The notes below the pieces were generated by a model. It did no database searches. It had not been told where the DNA came from and saw nothing but the letters and a program-made list of their open reading frames with translations. This document shows positions 46,900 through 56,008 of a DNA stretch of 64,000 nt, piece by piece (position 1 is the stretch's first letter; every line of letters begins with the position of its first letter). Source of the DNA: Planctomycetota bacterium (GTDB taxonomy: Bacteria; Planctomycetota; Planctomycetia; Planctomycetales; Planctomycetaceae); assembly GCA_963694825.1 (NCBI GenBank), contig CAVOEV010000001.1:223-64222 (forward strand), read 5' to 3'. A program made the translations under genes and the position numbers.

Positions 46900-47982
46900 C
46901 TATGCGGCTTGGTGGCGAGCCGGTCGTCTGGTTGAACGTCTGGCGTTGGGGCCTTTGGCTCCGGCTGCGTGTCCATCCCAGAGGTGTTCGTTGACTGATT
47001 CCAGCACTTGGTCGGCGGCGACCATGGCACGGAGTGCTTCGGGGCCTCCGACGAGTGGCCGGCTTCGATTCTGAATGCAGTCGGCAAAGTGTTGCAGTTC
47101 GGCGGTCAGTGCGTCGGCATCGGAGACCTCAGTTTCGCGGACCGTAATAAATTCGCCAAAGACCTTCTGCTTGAGTTGTTCGATATCGGTTCCGGGGACG
47201 GCAGCCAGTTCCAGAGGCGAGGGGCCTGCGAGCAGTGTTTGGGAGGGTCGATAGGTCTTGAGGGTACGGTTGTGCAGGTCGACGTGCACACATCCTGAGG
47301 CGGACCACGACGTCAGGACGCGTCGCGGTTCGGGGTGGACTCGGCTGGCCGAGATGTCGGCGATGCAGCCATTTTCGAATTCCAATCGAGCCTGGACCGA
47401 GTCTTCGTGGCCGCCCATCAGGCTGATTCCAAAGGCGGAGACCGAGCGGACGGGTGATTCGACGAGTGCGAGGGCGAGTTCGAGGTCGTGAATCATCAGG
47501 TCGTGGACGACGCCGATATCGGTTGAGCGGAAGGCAAAGGGGCTGAGTCGTTCGATCTTGAGGTACCTGGGTCGATCGATCTGCCCGAACGCGGCCTGGA
47601 CGGCGGGGTTGAATCGTTCGACGTGTCCGACCTGGAGGACGACATTCTGTCGGTCGGCGAGGTCGACGAGCAGTGCGGCATCGCGGAGAGTGGCGGCAAT
47701 TGGTTTTTCGACCATCACGGGCAAGCCGGCCTTGAGGCAATCTCCGGCGACTGCCAGGTGAGCCGACGTGGGGACGGCGACGGTGACGGCGTCGACATCG
47801 TCGAGCAGGTCGTGAAAGTCGGTGACATGTGCACACCCGCAGGCTTCGGCGATCGGTCGTCCGATGTCGCTGTTGGGCTCAGCGACTCCGACGAGGTCGA
47901 CGGACTCGAGGTTGGCGAGAATACGGGCGTGGTGTCGGCCGAGGGCACCTACGCCCACGACAGCGATTTTCAGACGAGTCAT
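46900..47982 (-). CDS. Gfo/Idh/MocA family NAD(P)-dependent oxidoreductase
   Basis: MTRLKIAVVGVGALGRHHARIL Rossmann motif. The start overlaps the lpxA stop (ATGA at 47979-47982). Confidence 0.85.
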   Translation of the reverse strand: MTRLKIAVVGVGALGRHHARILANLESVDLVGVAEPNSDIGRPIAEACGCAHVTDFHDLLDDVDAVTVAVPTSAHLAVAGDCLKAGLPVMVEKPIAATLRDAALLVDLADRQNVVLQVGHVERFNPAVQAAFGQIDRPRYLKIERLSPFAFRSTDIGVVHDLMIHDLELALALVESPVRSVSAFGISLMGGHEDSVQARLEFENGCIADISASRVHPEPRRVLTSWSASGCVHVDLHNRTLKTYRPSQTLLAGPSPLELAAVPGTDIEQLKQKVFGEFITVRETEVSDADALTAELQHFADCIQNRSRPLVGGPEALRAMVAADQVLESVNEHLWDGHAAGAKGPNARRSTRRPARHQAA

Positions 47983-48866
47983 GCAGCCTGCCGTTTCGGA
48001 AGAGTGTCAGTGTTGTCGGTCTGTTCGGGGGTGTCCCGCGGTACAGCCGATTTCGAGTTGCCGACCGGGTCACGGGCTCGGAGGTTGTGTCCCTGGTTCT
48101 GGCTGGTGATGAACGAGAGCCAGTGAGTCAGTTCGTGCGGCAGCTGGCCGTGGAGTTCGGCTTCGAAGTGTTGCTGGACGGTCTCGATGTTCTGGCGTTT
48201 GCGGAAGTGCATCCGGAAGGCCTGCCGGATCAGCATCATGGTGTCCGAGGGGATCCCTGCACGTTGCATCCCGATCTTGTTGATCGATGTCAGTCGCGGG
48301 TTGTCGCTGCCGGCGGCCAGCATGTAAGGGGGGATGTCGTGCGGGACGCGGCAGCCACCGCTGACGAACACCAGTGTGCCGATCGAGGAGTAGTGGTGGA
48401 CGACCGAGTTGCCCGAGATGATGGCTCGGTCGGCGACATCGACATGTCCTCCGAGCAGGACACCATTGACCAGGATCACGTCGTTGTGCACATGGCAGTT
48501 GTGAGCCACATGGGCGTTGGCCATTAGCAGGTTGCGGTTCCCGATCCGTGTTGTCCCGTCGTCCTTTTCGGCCCCGCGATTGATCGTGACCCCTTCGCGA
48601 AACATGTTGTCGTTGCCGATGAGCAGGCGAGTTTCGGATTCTTCGTAGCTCTTGTCCTGAGGATCGGCACCGATGACGCAGTGTGGCAGAAAGCGGTTGT
48701 TGCAGCCGGTTTCGGTGTTTCCGGTGAGCACGACATGGCTGTCGAGTCGAGTACCTTCGCCGAGTCGGACTCCTGGTCCCACCAGGCAGAACGGGCCGAT
48801 GGTGACATCGGAACCGAGCAGAGCCGCCGGATCGACATGGGCCAGTGGTGAGATGTTGGCAGGCAT
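47979..48866 (-). CDS. lpxA: Acyl-ACP--UDP-N-acetylglucosamine O-acyltransferase
   Basis: MPANISPLAHVDPAALLGSDVTIGPFCLVGPGVRLGEG... gives left-handed beta-helix hexapeptide repeats followed by a helical C-domain. ATG 48866. The rest of the 499-aa ORF runs over lpxC in another frame. Confidence 0.9.
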   Translation of the reverse strand: MPANISPLAHVDPAALLGSDVTIGPFCLVGPGVRLGEGTRLDSHVVLTGNTETGCNNRFLPHCVIGADPQDKSYEESETRLLIGNDNMFREGVTINRGAEKDDGTTRIGNRNLLMANAHVAHNCHVHNDVILVNGVLLGGHVDVADRAIISGNSVVHHYSSIGTLVFVSGGCRVPHDIPPYMLAAGSDNPRLTSINKIGMQRAGIPSDTMMLIRQAFRMHFRKRQNIETVQQHFEAELHGQLPHELTHWLSFITSQNQGHNLRARDPVGNSKSAVPRDTPEQTDNTDTLPKRQAA

Positions 48867-48891
48867 GGTGCTTTGTGGGGGGTGACTGGAT

Positions 48892-49830
48892 TCAGGCTGC
48901 GTTGAGGGAAGCCACAGGTTGTTGTTGTTGTTGCAGGTCGAGGAGTTGAGCAGTGGCTTGGTGGTTGTGGGTGTGTCCGGTCCGGCAGGCGTGGATGTGT
49001 CCCCAGAGGTCGGTGCCCAGCAGGGCGAAGTCACCGATGCAGTCGAGGATTTTGTGTCGAGCGCATTCGTCGGGGAACAGCAGCGGGTTGTCGATCGGTC
49101 CCTGGGGTCCGAAGACGAGCAGGTCTTGGTGAGTGAGTCCGTTGCCGAGTCCCTGTTTCCTGAGGGCTTCGACTTCGCTGTCGAGGACGAATGTGCGGCA
49201 GCCGGCGATTTCGGTCGCGAACTGATCGGGGTCGAGCTCAAACGTACGAGTTTGTGGCCGGATGGGTGACTGGGTTCCATAGTCGAGGTGATAGGTGATG
49301 GCGAGTCCGGGTCGAGCCATCGGTCTGAGCGTGATGTTCTGTTCGGGTGTGCCGAGCGAGAGGACTCGATCGATGACCTGACAGGGTCGTGCTGCGTCCT
49401 GGGTGACTCGACCGGCTTCAAGAATCGCATCGACGACTGGTCGACAGGATCCGTCGAAGCCTGGCGGTTCGGGGGCATCGAGCGTGATCAGGCAGTTGTC
49501 GATCTGCATTCCGGCGAGTGCAGCAACGACGTGTTCGACGAGTTCGACGACGATGCCCTCGCGTCCGATGGCGGTCCGCCGTTGTCGGGGCAGTACGAAC
49601 TGGCGGGTGGCCGGGATAGGTTGTGAGCCGGCGCAATCGAGTCTCTGGAAGGCGAGTCCCAATCCGGGTTCAGCCGGGTGGAGCCCCAGGTGGACGGTCG
49701 ATCCGGTGACAAAGCCGACCCCCTGGCATTCGACGGAACGGCCCAGTGTGCACTGGTTTCTAAACGACCGAAGCGGGCTGACCCGTGCGGGCGTTGTGTG
49801 CAGCGGCTGTTCAGTGCAGGTGACTGGCAT
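48892..49830 (-). CDS. lpxC: UDP-3-O-acyl-N-acetylglucosamine deacetylase
   Basis: GVGFVTGSTVHLGLHPA, VELVEHVVAALAGMQIDN and DPLLFPDECARHKILDCIGDFAL are LpxC signatures. There is no fused FabZ domain. Confidence 0.9.
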   Translation of the reverse strand: MPVTCTEQPLHTTPARVSPLRSFRNQCTLGRSVECQGVGFVTGSTVHLGLHPAEPGLGLAFQRLDCAGSQPIPATRQFVLPRQRRTAIGREGIVVELVEHVVAALAGMQIDNCLITLDAPEPPGFDGSCRPVVDAILEAGRVTQDAARPCQVIDRVLSLGTPEQNITLRPMARPGLAITYHLDYGTQSPIRPQTRTFELDPDQFATEIAGCRTFVLDSEVEALRKQGLGNGLTHQDLLVFGPQGPIDNPLLFPDECARHKILDCIGDFALLGTDLWGHIHACRTGHTHNHQATAQLLDLQQQQQPVASLNAA

Positions 49831-49964
49831 GCGGGGCAGTACTGGAGTGTGCGGGCTGTGTGACCTGCGTTACGCCGAACGGCCCCGTGACAGTCGTCAC
49901 GGGGCAATTGGCGTCTCGGGGGCCGTCGTGATTCGAATCCGAGTCGGACCCGTTGAGTCTGGAC

Positions 49965-50618
49965 TCAGCGGGTCTTGGTCTTGGTGGCTCCGACCGGCTG
50001 AGCGCCGGTGCGTGGTGCAGGAGATTCCTTGACGAATTGTTTGTTGAGGAATTCGATGACCGGCTTGGTGATGTCGTCTTCGGGCCGGTGGTAGACCACT
50101 TGGCGTTGGAGTTCTCCGACGACGCTGTCGGGCGTCGTAGTGTTCGAGGCGGAGCTGTTGAATCGCAGGACCAGTGTGTAGCCCCAGGCGTCGGCGGCTC
50201 GTTTGACGACCGCCTTGATTTCGCCATGGATGGTCTTGAGCAGTTGCGCTTCGCGTCGGAGTATCCGTTTGCGTTCGTTCTTGTTGAACACGACCAGTTC
50301 GGCCTTGACCTGGTCGGCTTGTTGTTCGAGTTCAGCAGCCTTGGCACTACCGCGTTCGATGCTGCCAGATTTGAGTCTCTTGTCGAGTGTTTCGAGCTGT
50401 TTCATCATGGCAGCACGCTTAGGTTCACTCTTGGCGATCTCTGCTTTGATCTCTGCTCGAAGGGCATCGACTTTTTTGTACTTTTTGAGTACTCCGGCGA
50501 TGTCAATCAGTGCGATCTTGTGCGGACTCGACGGTGACGTCGTGTCCTGGGCAAGGGTTCCGGCGGACGGTGCGACCAAGAGGATGGTGGCGACGAGAAT
50601 AAAAGCGAATCTAGTCAC
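49965..50618 (-). CDS. OmpH/Skp family periplasmic chaperone
   Basis: The GTG start at 50618 lies 10 nt after AAGGAG. Signal peptide TRFAFILVATILLVAPSAGTLAQ. Long K/E-rich helices (VLKKYKKVDALRAEIKAEI...), then YTLVLRFNS. Confidence 0.8.
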   Translation of the reverse strand: MTRFAFILVATILLVAPSAGTLAQDTTSPSSPHKIALIDIAGVLKKYKKVDALRAEIKAEIAKSEPKRAAMMKQLETLDKRLKSGSIERGSAKAAELEQQADQVKAELVVFNKNERKRILRREAQLLKTIHGEIKAVVKRAADAWGYTLVLRFNSSASNTTTPDSVVGELQRQVVYHRPEDDITKPVIEFLNKQFVKESPAPRTGAQPVGATKTKTR

Positions 50619-50739
50619 GGCCGAGACACTCCTTGTTTTGCTTGGCAGTGCCTGAGCGAGGTACGAGCTGGAAGGGCGATTGGCAGCTTCCGTGCTACTG
50701 TCTCGGTCAGACGAATCCATTCGTTGACTGTTTGGCGAG

Positions 50740-50769
50740 TTATATGGCAAAGATGTCGGAACACGTCAA
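50740..50769 (-). promoter_or_regulatory. Candidate sigma70-type promoter (TTGACG-N17-CATATA) for skp-lpxC-lpxA
   Basis: Read on the minus strand in the 313-bp intergenic region, about 120 nt upstream of the skp start. Sequence resemblance only. Confidence 0.3.
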
Positions 50770-50931
50770 TAGGAGTGTTGCGGCGATTGCCTCCTGAAAT
50801 CTTGAATCGGCTCAGTAGCTCGCGGCTCTGGATTCCAATTGCGCAGATTTGGGAAAATGGGTCGACTTTTTCGGTTGTGCCACTCGTACTGGCCAGTGGG
50901 TCCGTCGCGCCCGATCTGTTGCAACACTCGT

Positions 50932-51753
50932 CTAGGACTTGGGAGTGGGAGTCCAGAGCGGGTTGCTGATCTGTGTTTCGGCACGTTGTCGTCGGCGTGC
51001 CTTGATGCGAACGTAGGGCGGGAAGAAGCGTCCGCGGTGTCGAAAGTCGCCTGGCTGTGCGGTCCGATCGGCTCGGAGCGGTTCGCGGAGGTCTTCGATG
51101 ACGAAGCCGGCCTGGCAGAGAGTTCCGACGAGTTCTTCCCACCGGTGCAGGAACTCGACAGTTCCTTGTTCGCGGTAGGCTGAATCGGGCACATCCGGCA
51201 GCGGCCCTTCGTGGTAGTACTCAATCCCGACGACATATCGATCGCGTCGGTCACGGTGCGAGACCTGGAGGCTGGCGGGTTGTTTGTGTTGGCTGACGTA
51301 AAGTCCTCCGTCGCGAAGGACACGAGCGACCTCACGAAACACCGGTTCCAGCGAGGGGACATAGCAGGTGCTGACAGGTTGATGAACGATATCGAAGGCT
51401 TCGTCTCTGAGAGCTGAGAGGTCATCCATGGAGGCTTGGACGACATCGACCTGGAGCCGTCGTTTTTTGGCTTCGCGGCTGTCGATGGCCAGCATCTCGT
51501 CGCTGATGTCGACGACGGTGACGCGTGCTCCGGCGGCGGCGTAGAGAATCGACTGCCAGCCACCGGCAGCAGCAAGGCAGAGCACATCCAGTCCCTGCAC
51601 GCTTGCCGGCAACCAGCCTCGGCCGTCGAGCACATCGAGAGGATTGGCGAGTTCGGAGTCGGTGACCACTCGGGCGAACTGGCTGCCCGCCCGGACCAAC
51701 CGGTTCCATGCCGCCTGGTTGTGACGCAGGAATTCGGATCCGGAAGCGGTCAT
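50932..51753 (-). CDS. Class I SAM-dependent methyltransferase
   Basis: SAM-binding motif DVLCLAAAGGWQS...VTVVDISDEML...VLRDGGLYV. ATG 51753. The track's 51891 start is an extension. Confidence 0.8.
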   Translation of the reverse strand: MTASGSEFLRHNQAAWNRLVRAGSQFARVVTDSELANPLDVLDGRGWLPASVQGLDVLCLAAAGGWQSILYAAAGARVTVVDISDEMLAIDSREAKKRRLQVDVVQASMDDLSALRDEAFDIVHQPVSTCYVPSLEPVFREVARVLRDGGLYVSQHKQPASLQVSHRDRRDRYVVGIEYYHEGPLPDVPDSAYREQGTVEFLHRWEELVGTLCQAGFVIEDLREPLRADRTAQPGDFRHRGRFFPPYVRIKARRRQRAETQISNPLWTPTPKS

Positions 51754-51779
51754 GGCGAGGTGTTGGTGTTGCGAGTGGG

Positions 51780-52949
51780 TCAGTCGCTGGTGGGGTCGGT
51801 TGCTCCGATGAGGGCACCGACCCAGGTGACCAGGTCGCCTCGGCTGCGGGCGGTGTCGCGGAGCAGGTCGAGTCGTCCGGTGGATTGGCACAACTCGGAG
51901 AAGCTGAATCCGGTGGAGTCTTCGAGATGGGCCAGGTGGGTGACGGCAAGTTCGACCGCGTCATCCACCCGCCCAATCCGTCTCAGCAGGTCCACAACCA
52001 CGTAGGCGATCAGCTGCTTGTCTTCTTCATCGGGTTCGGCTTCGAGTTGGCCGGCGAAGTAGTCGACGGCTTCATCGCGTCCGTCATCGAGCAGGGCACG
52101 GAGGAAGTGTCCGTGTGCGGTGTAGAAGTCGCCGAAGGGGACTTCGCCGGCGTAGTGGAACTGCTGGTCGAGTCGTTGGCCGTATTCGGCCAGTTCGAGA
52201 GCTTTCTGGAGATCGGGGGAGTCGTTTTCCAGGAAGCGTGCGAAGCGAACGACGGAGCTGAGGTGCGAGACATCAATGTGGTAGTTGTTGTCGGCGAAGA
52301 GCCAGTCGCGGTCACCGGCGATGAGTTCCCGGAGGTTGTCGGACGGTTCGATCATCGGCAGTCTTTGTGTGATTTCGGCACTGATCGTGTGGCAGAGGTC
52401 TCCGTAGAGTTGTTTGACGAGCAGCGAGGCTGCGGCGCGTCGGTCGTCGGGCGGCAGTTGGGTGATCTGCTGGTCGAGTGCGGTGATGGTGTTGCAGGTG
52501 CCGTGCGAGTTGAGCATCAGCTCGAGACCCTTGACCGGGTGAGCTCCTTCGTAGAGGGCCACGTTGATCAGTTCTTCGGTCTTCTCGTAGTCCTCGCCAT
52601 CGGAAGCAACCTGTTCGAGTGCTTCTCGGACGGGGCCGGGTTCCTGGATGGTTTGGAAATACACCCACGCATCACCGACGCGTCCTTTTTCGAGCAGCAG
52701 TCGACCGACAGTTCGGGCGGACTCGACATAGTGCGTCTCGAACCCGCTGCGGTCGTCGTCGGGGACATCGTCGAACGAGGTGGGCCGCACCAAAGGCAGC
52801 TGGAGTTCGAGTTTCTTCTGCATCAGCAGGACGTCGAACAGCCGATGGTAGTTCGCTTCGTCGGTCAGCACTCGAGCCAATTGCTCGAGTGCTGCCTGTG
52901 GTCCGTCGTTTTGCTGAAGTTCTTCGAGCGTGGCAAACGTGTCACTCAT
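51780..52949 (-). CDS. Hypothetical all-helical cytoplasmic protein
   Basis: Protein-like composition (MSDTFATLEELQQNDGPQAALEQLARVL...), with ATG 52949 after GAGAGA. The long + strand ORF over it is G/V/E/D-rich shadow. No recognised domain. Confidence 0.65.
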   Translation of the reverse strand: MSDTFATLEELQQNDGPQAALEQLARVLTDEANYHRLFDVLLMQKKLELQLPLVRPTSFDDVPDDDRSGFETHYVESARTVGRLLLEKGRVGDAWVYFQTIQEPGPVREALEQVASDGEDYEKTEELINVALYEGAHPVKGLELMLNSHGTCNTITALDQQITQLPPDDRRAAASLLVKQLYGDLCHTISAEITQRLPMIEPSDNLRELIAGDRDWLFADNNYHIDVSHLSSVVRFARFLENDSPDLQKALELAEYGQRLDQQFHYAGEVPFGDFYTAHGHFLRALLDDGRDEAVDYFAGQLEAEPDEEDKQLIAYVVVDLLRRIGRVDDAVELAVTHLAHLEDSTGFSFSELCQSTGRLDLLRDTARSRGDLVTWVGALIGATDPTSD

Positions 52950-53002
52950 CGGTTGGTCTCTCGTGGTGGACTGACCCGGGGCCAATCATTATGCCGGTCA
53001 TC

Positions 53003-54799
53003 TTAGGATGTGGGAAGTGCCCGACCGGTCGGTTCGACCATCACCAGTCCGCGGAAGTCTCCGTTGGATTCCAGCAGACCGATCACGGTTTCGTGTTGAG
53101 TGTGGAGTCCGAGTACGGAACGCGGTGTGAGGGGGGGGGCGAGGCTGCGGTAGAGGACCAGTTGCGAGTCGCCGAGTCGGGCTCGGAATCCGACAGCCTG
53201 TTGTGTCGATACGACCTGTCGGTTTTCGGTCACGGTGAGGCGATTCCATTCGGGTCGGCTTCGCGATCGGTGTTTGGAGAAGTCGATGACGAGTGGCAGG
53301 TAGAGTGCGGGTCCGGTTCCGGCGTGTGTCCATTCGAGTCGCCTGTCGTGGCAGTCGATGCTGGATCGTCCGGTGGCTAGCAGCGGGTCGTCGGGCAATG
53401 CCAGCGGGAGGATGCGTGCCACGCCGCCGACTCCTTTGATTTTCCAGTCTCGGCGGCCGGTGCGTGCGGGGCCGGCGACGACGCCGTGTGCGAGTCCGAG
53501 GCTGGAGCGGACGGTGAGTGGTGTTGTGTTGGCGGGCTGGTCGGTGTCGGGAGATGCGGGCGTGTTGATGACAACGTCGGCGAGCACGAGCAGTTCTTCT
53601 GATCGCGAGAGCAGGATCTGGCGGTCGACTCGCCGTCCCTGTCCCGCATCGGCCTGCAATTCGATGTAGTCGGCGTCGTCGTCGCTTTGCCAGCAGACAC
53701 AGGTCCAATCGTCCAGGACCCAGTCCGAGTGACCACAGGTGACGCGTATCGACCAGGCGTCCTGCAGCAGTGAGCGGCCGTCGACGGACAGGTCGAGTTC
53801 CGGTTTGGGGCCGTCGTGGGTGACCAGCAGGGCCGGAGTCCGTGTTGGTGTGTCGCATTGGAGCATGGCGACGTGAGCCCAATCGGACTGAGTCCTGGTT
53901 GGTTGGTTGGGGTGTGTGGCGAGGCGGTTGGCTTCATCGAGCAGTTCGCGGAGTCCTCGGGTCGGCCGTTTCGAGAGGGCCAGTCGGTTCGGGTGTCGGT
54001 AGAGCGAGTTGGTCAATGCGACCAGGCGGTCGAAACGTTTCTTGGCAGTCGTGTTCCAGGTCGGTGATGCCAGTCGTCGTCCCCAGTATTCAGAGCGAAC
54101 GAGGGAGCCGAGCCATTCGGGGAGGTCTGCGAGGATTCCGGCGTGCGGTGTACCGTCGGTGTCGGTTCGTTCGAGCAGTTCTTCTTGGAGTGCTCGACGG
54201 CCGTCTTGTCTGAGCCTGGCGGTACCTTTGAGTGGTGCGAGCAGCAGGCCGGTGGTGAATGCGAGTTCGGGGGAGAGCGAGCGGGTGGCGGTGAGTTGAA
54301 TGACGTTTTTCCAGGCGGTGAGCCATTGGATGGTTCGATGTGGTGGCGTGGGCAGGCCAAGTAGAGCGAGAGCGGCCAGCAGGTCGCCATCCGAAGCGCC
54401 GGGTTCGAGTCGTGTGAGGTAGGGTAGGGGCGATCGATGTGGGTCTCGGCCACCGATGGTTGGCCGACCTTGAGCCGGCTGGTTCGCCGTCTGTGTTCGC
54501 GTCGCGGCTCGCCAGGCCGCTGACAGGTTGGGTTGAACGGCGATCCATTCAAAGGCCTTGCGAGGAAGTTGGCGATTGTTCGAGTCGATTCGGCAAGTCA
54601 GTTGATCGAACCAGAGGCGGACAAACCTGACGGAGTCCTGTTGGGCGGCTGCCTGTCTGAGTGCCTGCGGCGCCCCTCGATCAAATTCGAGTCCGCTCAG
54701 GAATGTACTCAGCGCGTCGCTGTTGTTGTGCTCGTCGCCGGGATGTCCGGAGTTGGCGTCGGTGTCGGCGTCGGCGTCGGCGTGGGGACGGATGGTCAT
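53003..54799 (-). CDS. Hypothetical protein (598 aa) with an acidic N-terminus; there may be a distant polysaccharide-lyase/heparinase-II/III-like architecture
   Basis: Long ORF co-directional with its neighbours, starting 6 nt after the amidohydrolase stop. The family suggestion is only a weak impression from the C-terminal beta-rich half. Confidence 0.6.
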   Translation of the reverse strand: MTIRPHADADADTDANSGHPGDEHNNSDALSTFLSGLEFDRGAPQALRQAAAQQDSVRFVRLWFDQLTCRIDSNNRQLPRKAFEWIAVQPNLSAAWRAATRTQTANQPAQGRPTIGGRDPHRSPLPYLTRLEPGASDGDLLAALALLGLPTPPHRTIQWLTAWKNVIQLTATRSLSPELAFTTGLLLAPLKGTARLRQDGRRALQEELLERTDTDGTPHAGILADLPEWLGSLVRSEYWGRRLASPTWNTTAKKRFDRLVALTNSLYRHPNRLALSKRPTRGLRELLDEANRLATHPNQPTRTQSDWAHVAMLQCDTPTRTPALLVTHDGPKPELDLSVDGRSLLQDAWSIRVTCGHSDWVLDDWTCVCWQSDDDADYIELQADAGQGRRVDRQILLSRSEELLVLADVVINTPASPDTDQPANTTPLTVRSSLGLAHGVVAGPARTGRRDWKIKGVGGVARILPLALPDDPLLATGRSSIDCHDRRLEWTHAGTGPALYLPLVIDFSKHRSRSRPEWNRLTVTENRQVVSTQQAVGFRARLGDSQLVLYRSLAPPLTPRSVLGLHTQHETVIGLLESNGDFRGLVMVEPTGRALPTS

Positions 54800-54805
54800 C
54801 GGAAT

Positions 54806-56008
54806 TCAGGCGGCCTGCCAGCGGCCTCGACGGAGGACTCCGGCAATGCGACCGCATTCGAGGAGGGATGTGAGAGTGAGTGATGTATTGGGGTCGGGTT
54901 GCAGGCCGATGGCGGTCGCCTGTTTTCCGGGTGCGAGCGAACCGCAGTCGTGTTCGATTCCGAGTGCTGCCGCGGGGGTCGAGGTGGCCATTGCCAGCAG
55001 TTCGTCGGCGGGGATGGTGTTGGTATGTCGTGCGAGGAATTGTAGCTCGTTCCAGATCGAGAGGTCGGGGTTGGAGGCTCGACTGTCGGTGCCCAGTGCC
55101 ACCGGTGTGCCCTGTTCGAGCAGACGTGGCCAGGGGTGAGGTGGGAGGCGAAAGTGAGCGTGAGTTCTTGGGCAGAAGACGACGGCGACATGAGTGTGTT
55201 GCCCGAGCCAGTTGATTTCGTCGTGATCGAGCAGGTTGCCGTGGATGACCAGTGGGTGCTGCAAGGGGGCGAGTGGGACGAGGTAGTCGAGCGGGCGAGT
55301 TGCATGGGGAATGGCCGAGTCATGCCACGCTCCGAGCGACTCGAGTCGTTGTCTCATCGGGCCGCTTCCGTGGGCGAGCAGTTGCAGTTCATCAGGGGAT
55401 TCGGCGAGGTGCGTGGCGAGTGGGACATCGTGGCTGGCGGCGAGTTGGATCAGGTCGTTGTAGAGGTTGGGGTGCACCGAGTAGGGAGCATGCGGGCTGA
55501 GTCCTCGGATGCAGCCGGGTGTTGCGGGTTGGGCGAGGAAGTTGCTGGCGGTGTCCAGGGCGTGCTCGTGTCGGTCGGGTCGCAGTGCGATGATTTCGCG
55601 AAAGACGACGCAGGTGGGGTCATCGGGTTTCAGGCGGGTTGAGTTCCAGTCGGCGGTCGCGATTTCGCCCACGGCTGCGGTGCCGGCCTTGTTGAGTTCC
55701 TGGAGGCCGATGCGGATCGGGTCGAGTTGGCTGGTTCGCTGTCGTCGGCTGTCGGTGACAGCTCCAATCCAGGCAGCCATGCCGTTGTTGGCGGCGAGTG
55801 GCTGGGTGATTGTCGAGAATTCGAGGTGTGTGTGGGCGTTGACCAGGCCGGGCAGCAGGACGATATTGCCGAGGTCGGTGGCTGAGCTGTCGGGGCCGGA
55901 AAAAATGTCGGTGATGATTCCGTCGGCGACTTCGACGATTCCGTTATGGATCGGCGGTCCGTCGCCGGTGACAACCAGCCTGGCGGAGAAACGGCCCGGT
56001 TCACTCAC
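54806..56008 (-). CDS. Amidohydrolase, aminofutalosine-deaminase / chlorohydrolase family
   Basis: LLPGLVNAHTHLEFS (HxH), GLSPHAPYS, ATHLAES and ALGTDS metal-ligand motifs. The GTG start at 56008 overlaps the upstream stop (GTGA). The listed 705-aa ORF is an extension over the permease. Confidence 0.8.
   Translation of the reverse strand: MSEPGRFSARLVVTGDGPPIHNGIVEVADGIITDIFSGPDSSATDLGNIVLLPGLVNAHTHLEFSTITQPLAANNGMAAWIGAVTDSRRQRTSQLDPIRIGLQELNKAGTAAVGEIATADWNSTRLKPDDPTCVVFREIIALRPDRHEHALDTASNFLAQPATPGCIRGLSPHAPYSVHPNLYNDLIQLAASHDVPLATHLAESPDELQLLAHGSGPMRQRLESLGAWHDSAIPHATRPLDYLVPLAPLQHPLVIHGNLLDHDEINWLGQHTHVAVVFCPRTHAHFRLPPHPWPRLLEQGTPVALGTDSRASNPDLSIWNELQFLARHTNTIPADELLAMATSTPAAALGIEHDCGSLAPGKQATAIGLQPDPNTSLTLTSLLECGRIAGVLRRGRWQAA

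Noticed and set aside
48867-49478. Upstream 204 codons of the 499-aa ORF containing lpxA
   Set aside because: It is a low-complexity S/P/T-rich alternate frame over lpxC. The LpxA hexapeptide domain begins at ATG 48866.
51708-53006. 432-aa + strand ORF
   Set aside because: It is antisense to the 401-aa helical protein. The + strand product is G/V/E/D-rich, whereas the minus-strand product has balanced, protein-like composition and a plausible RBS.
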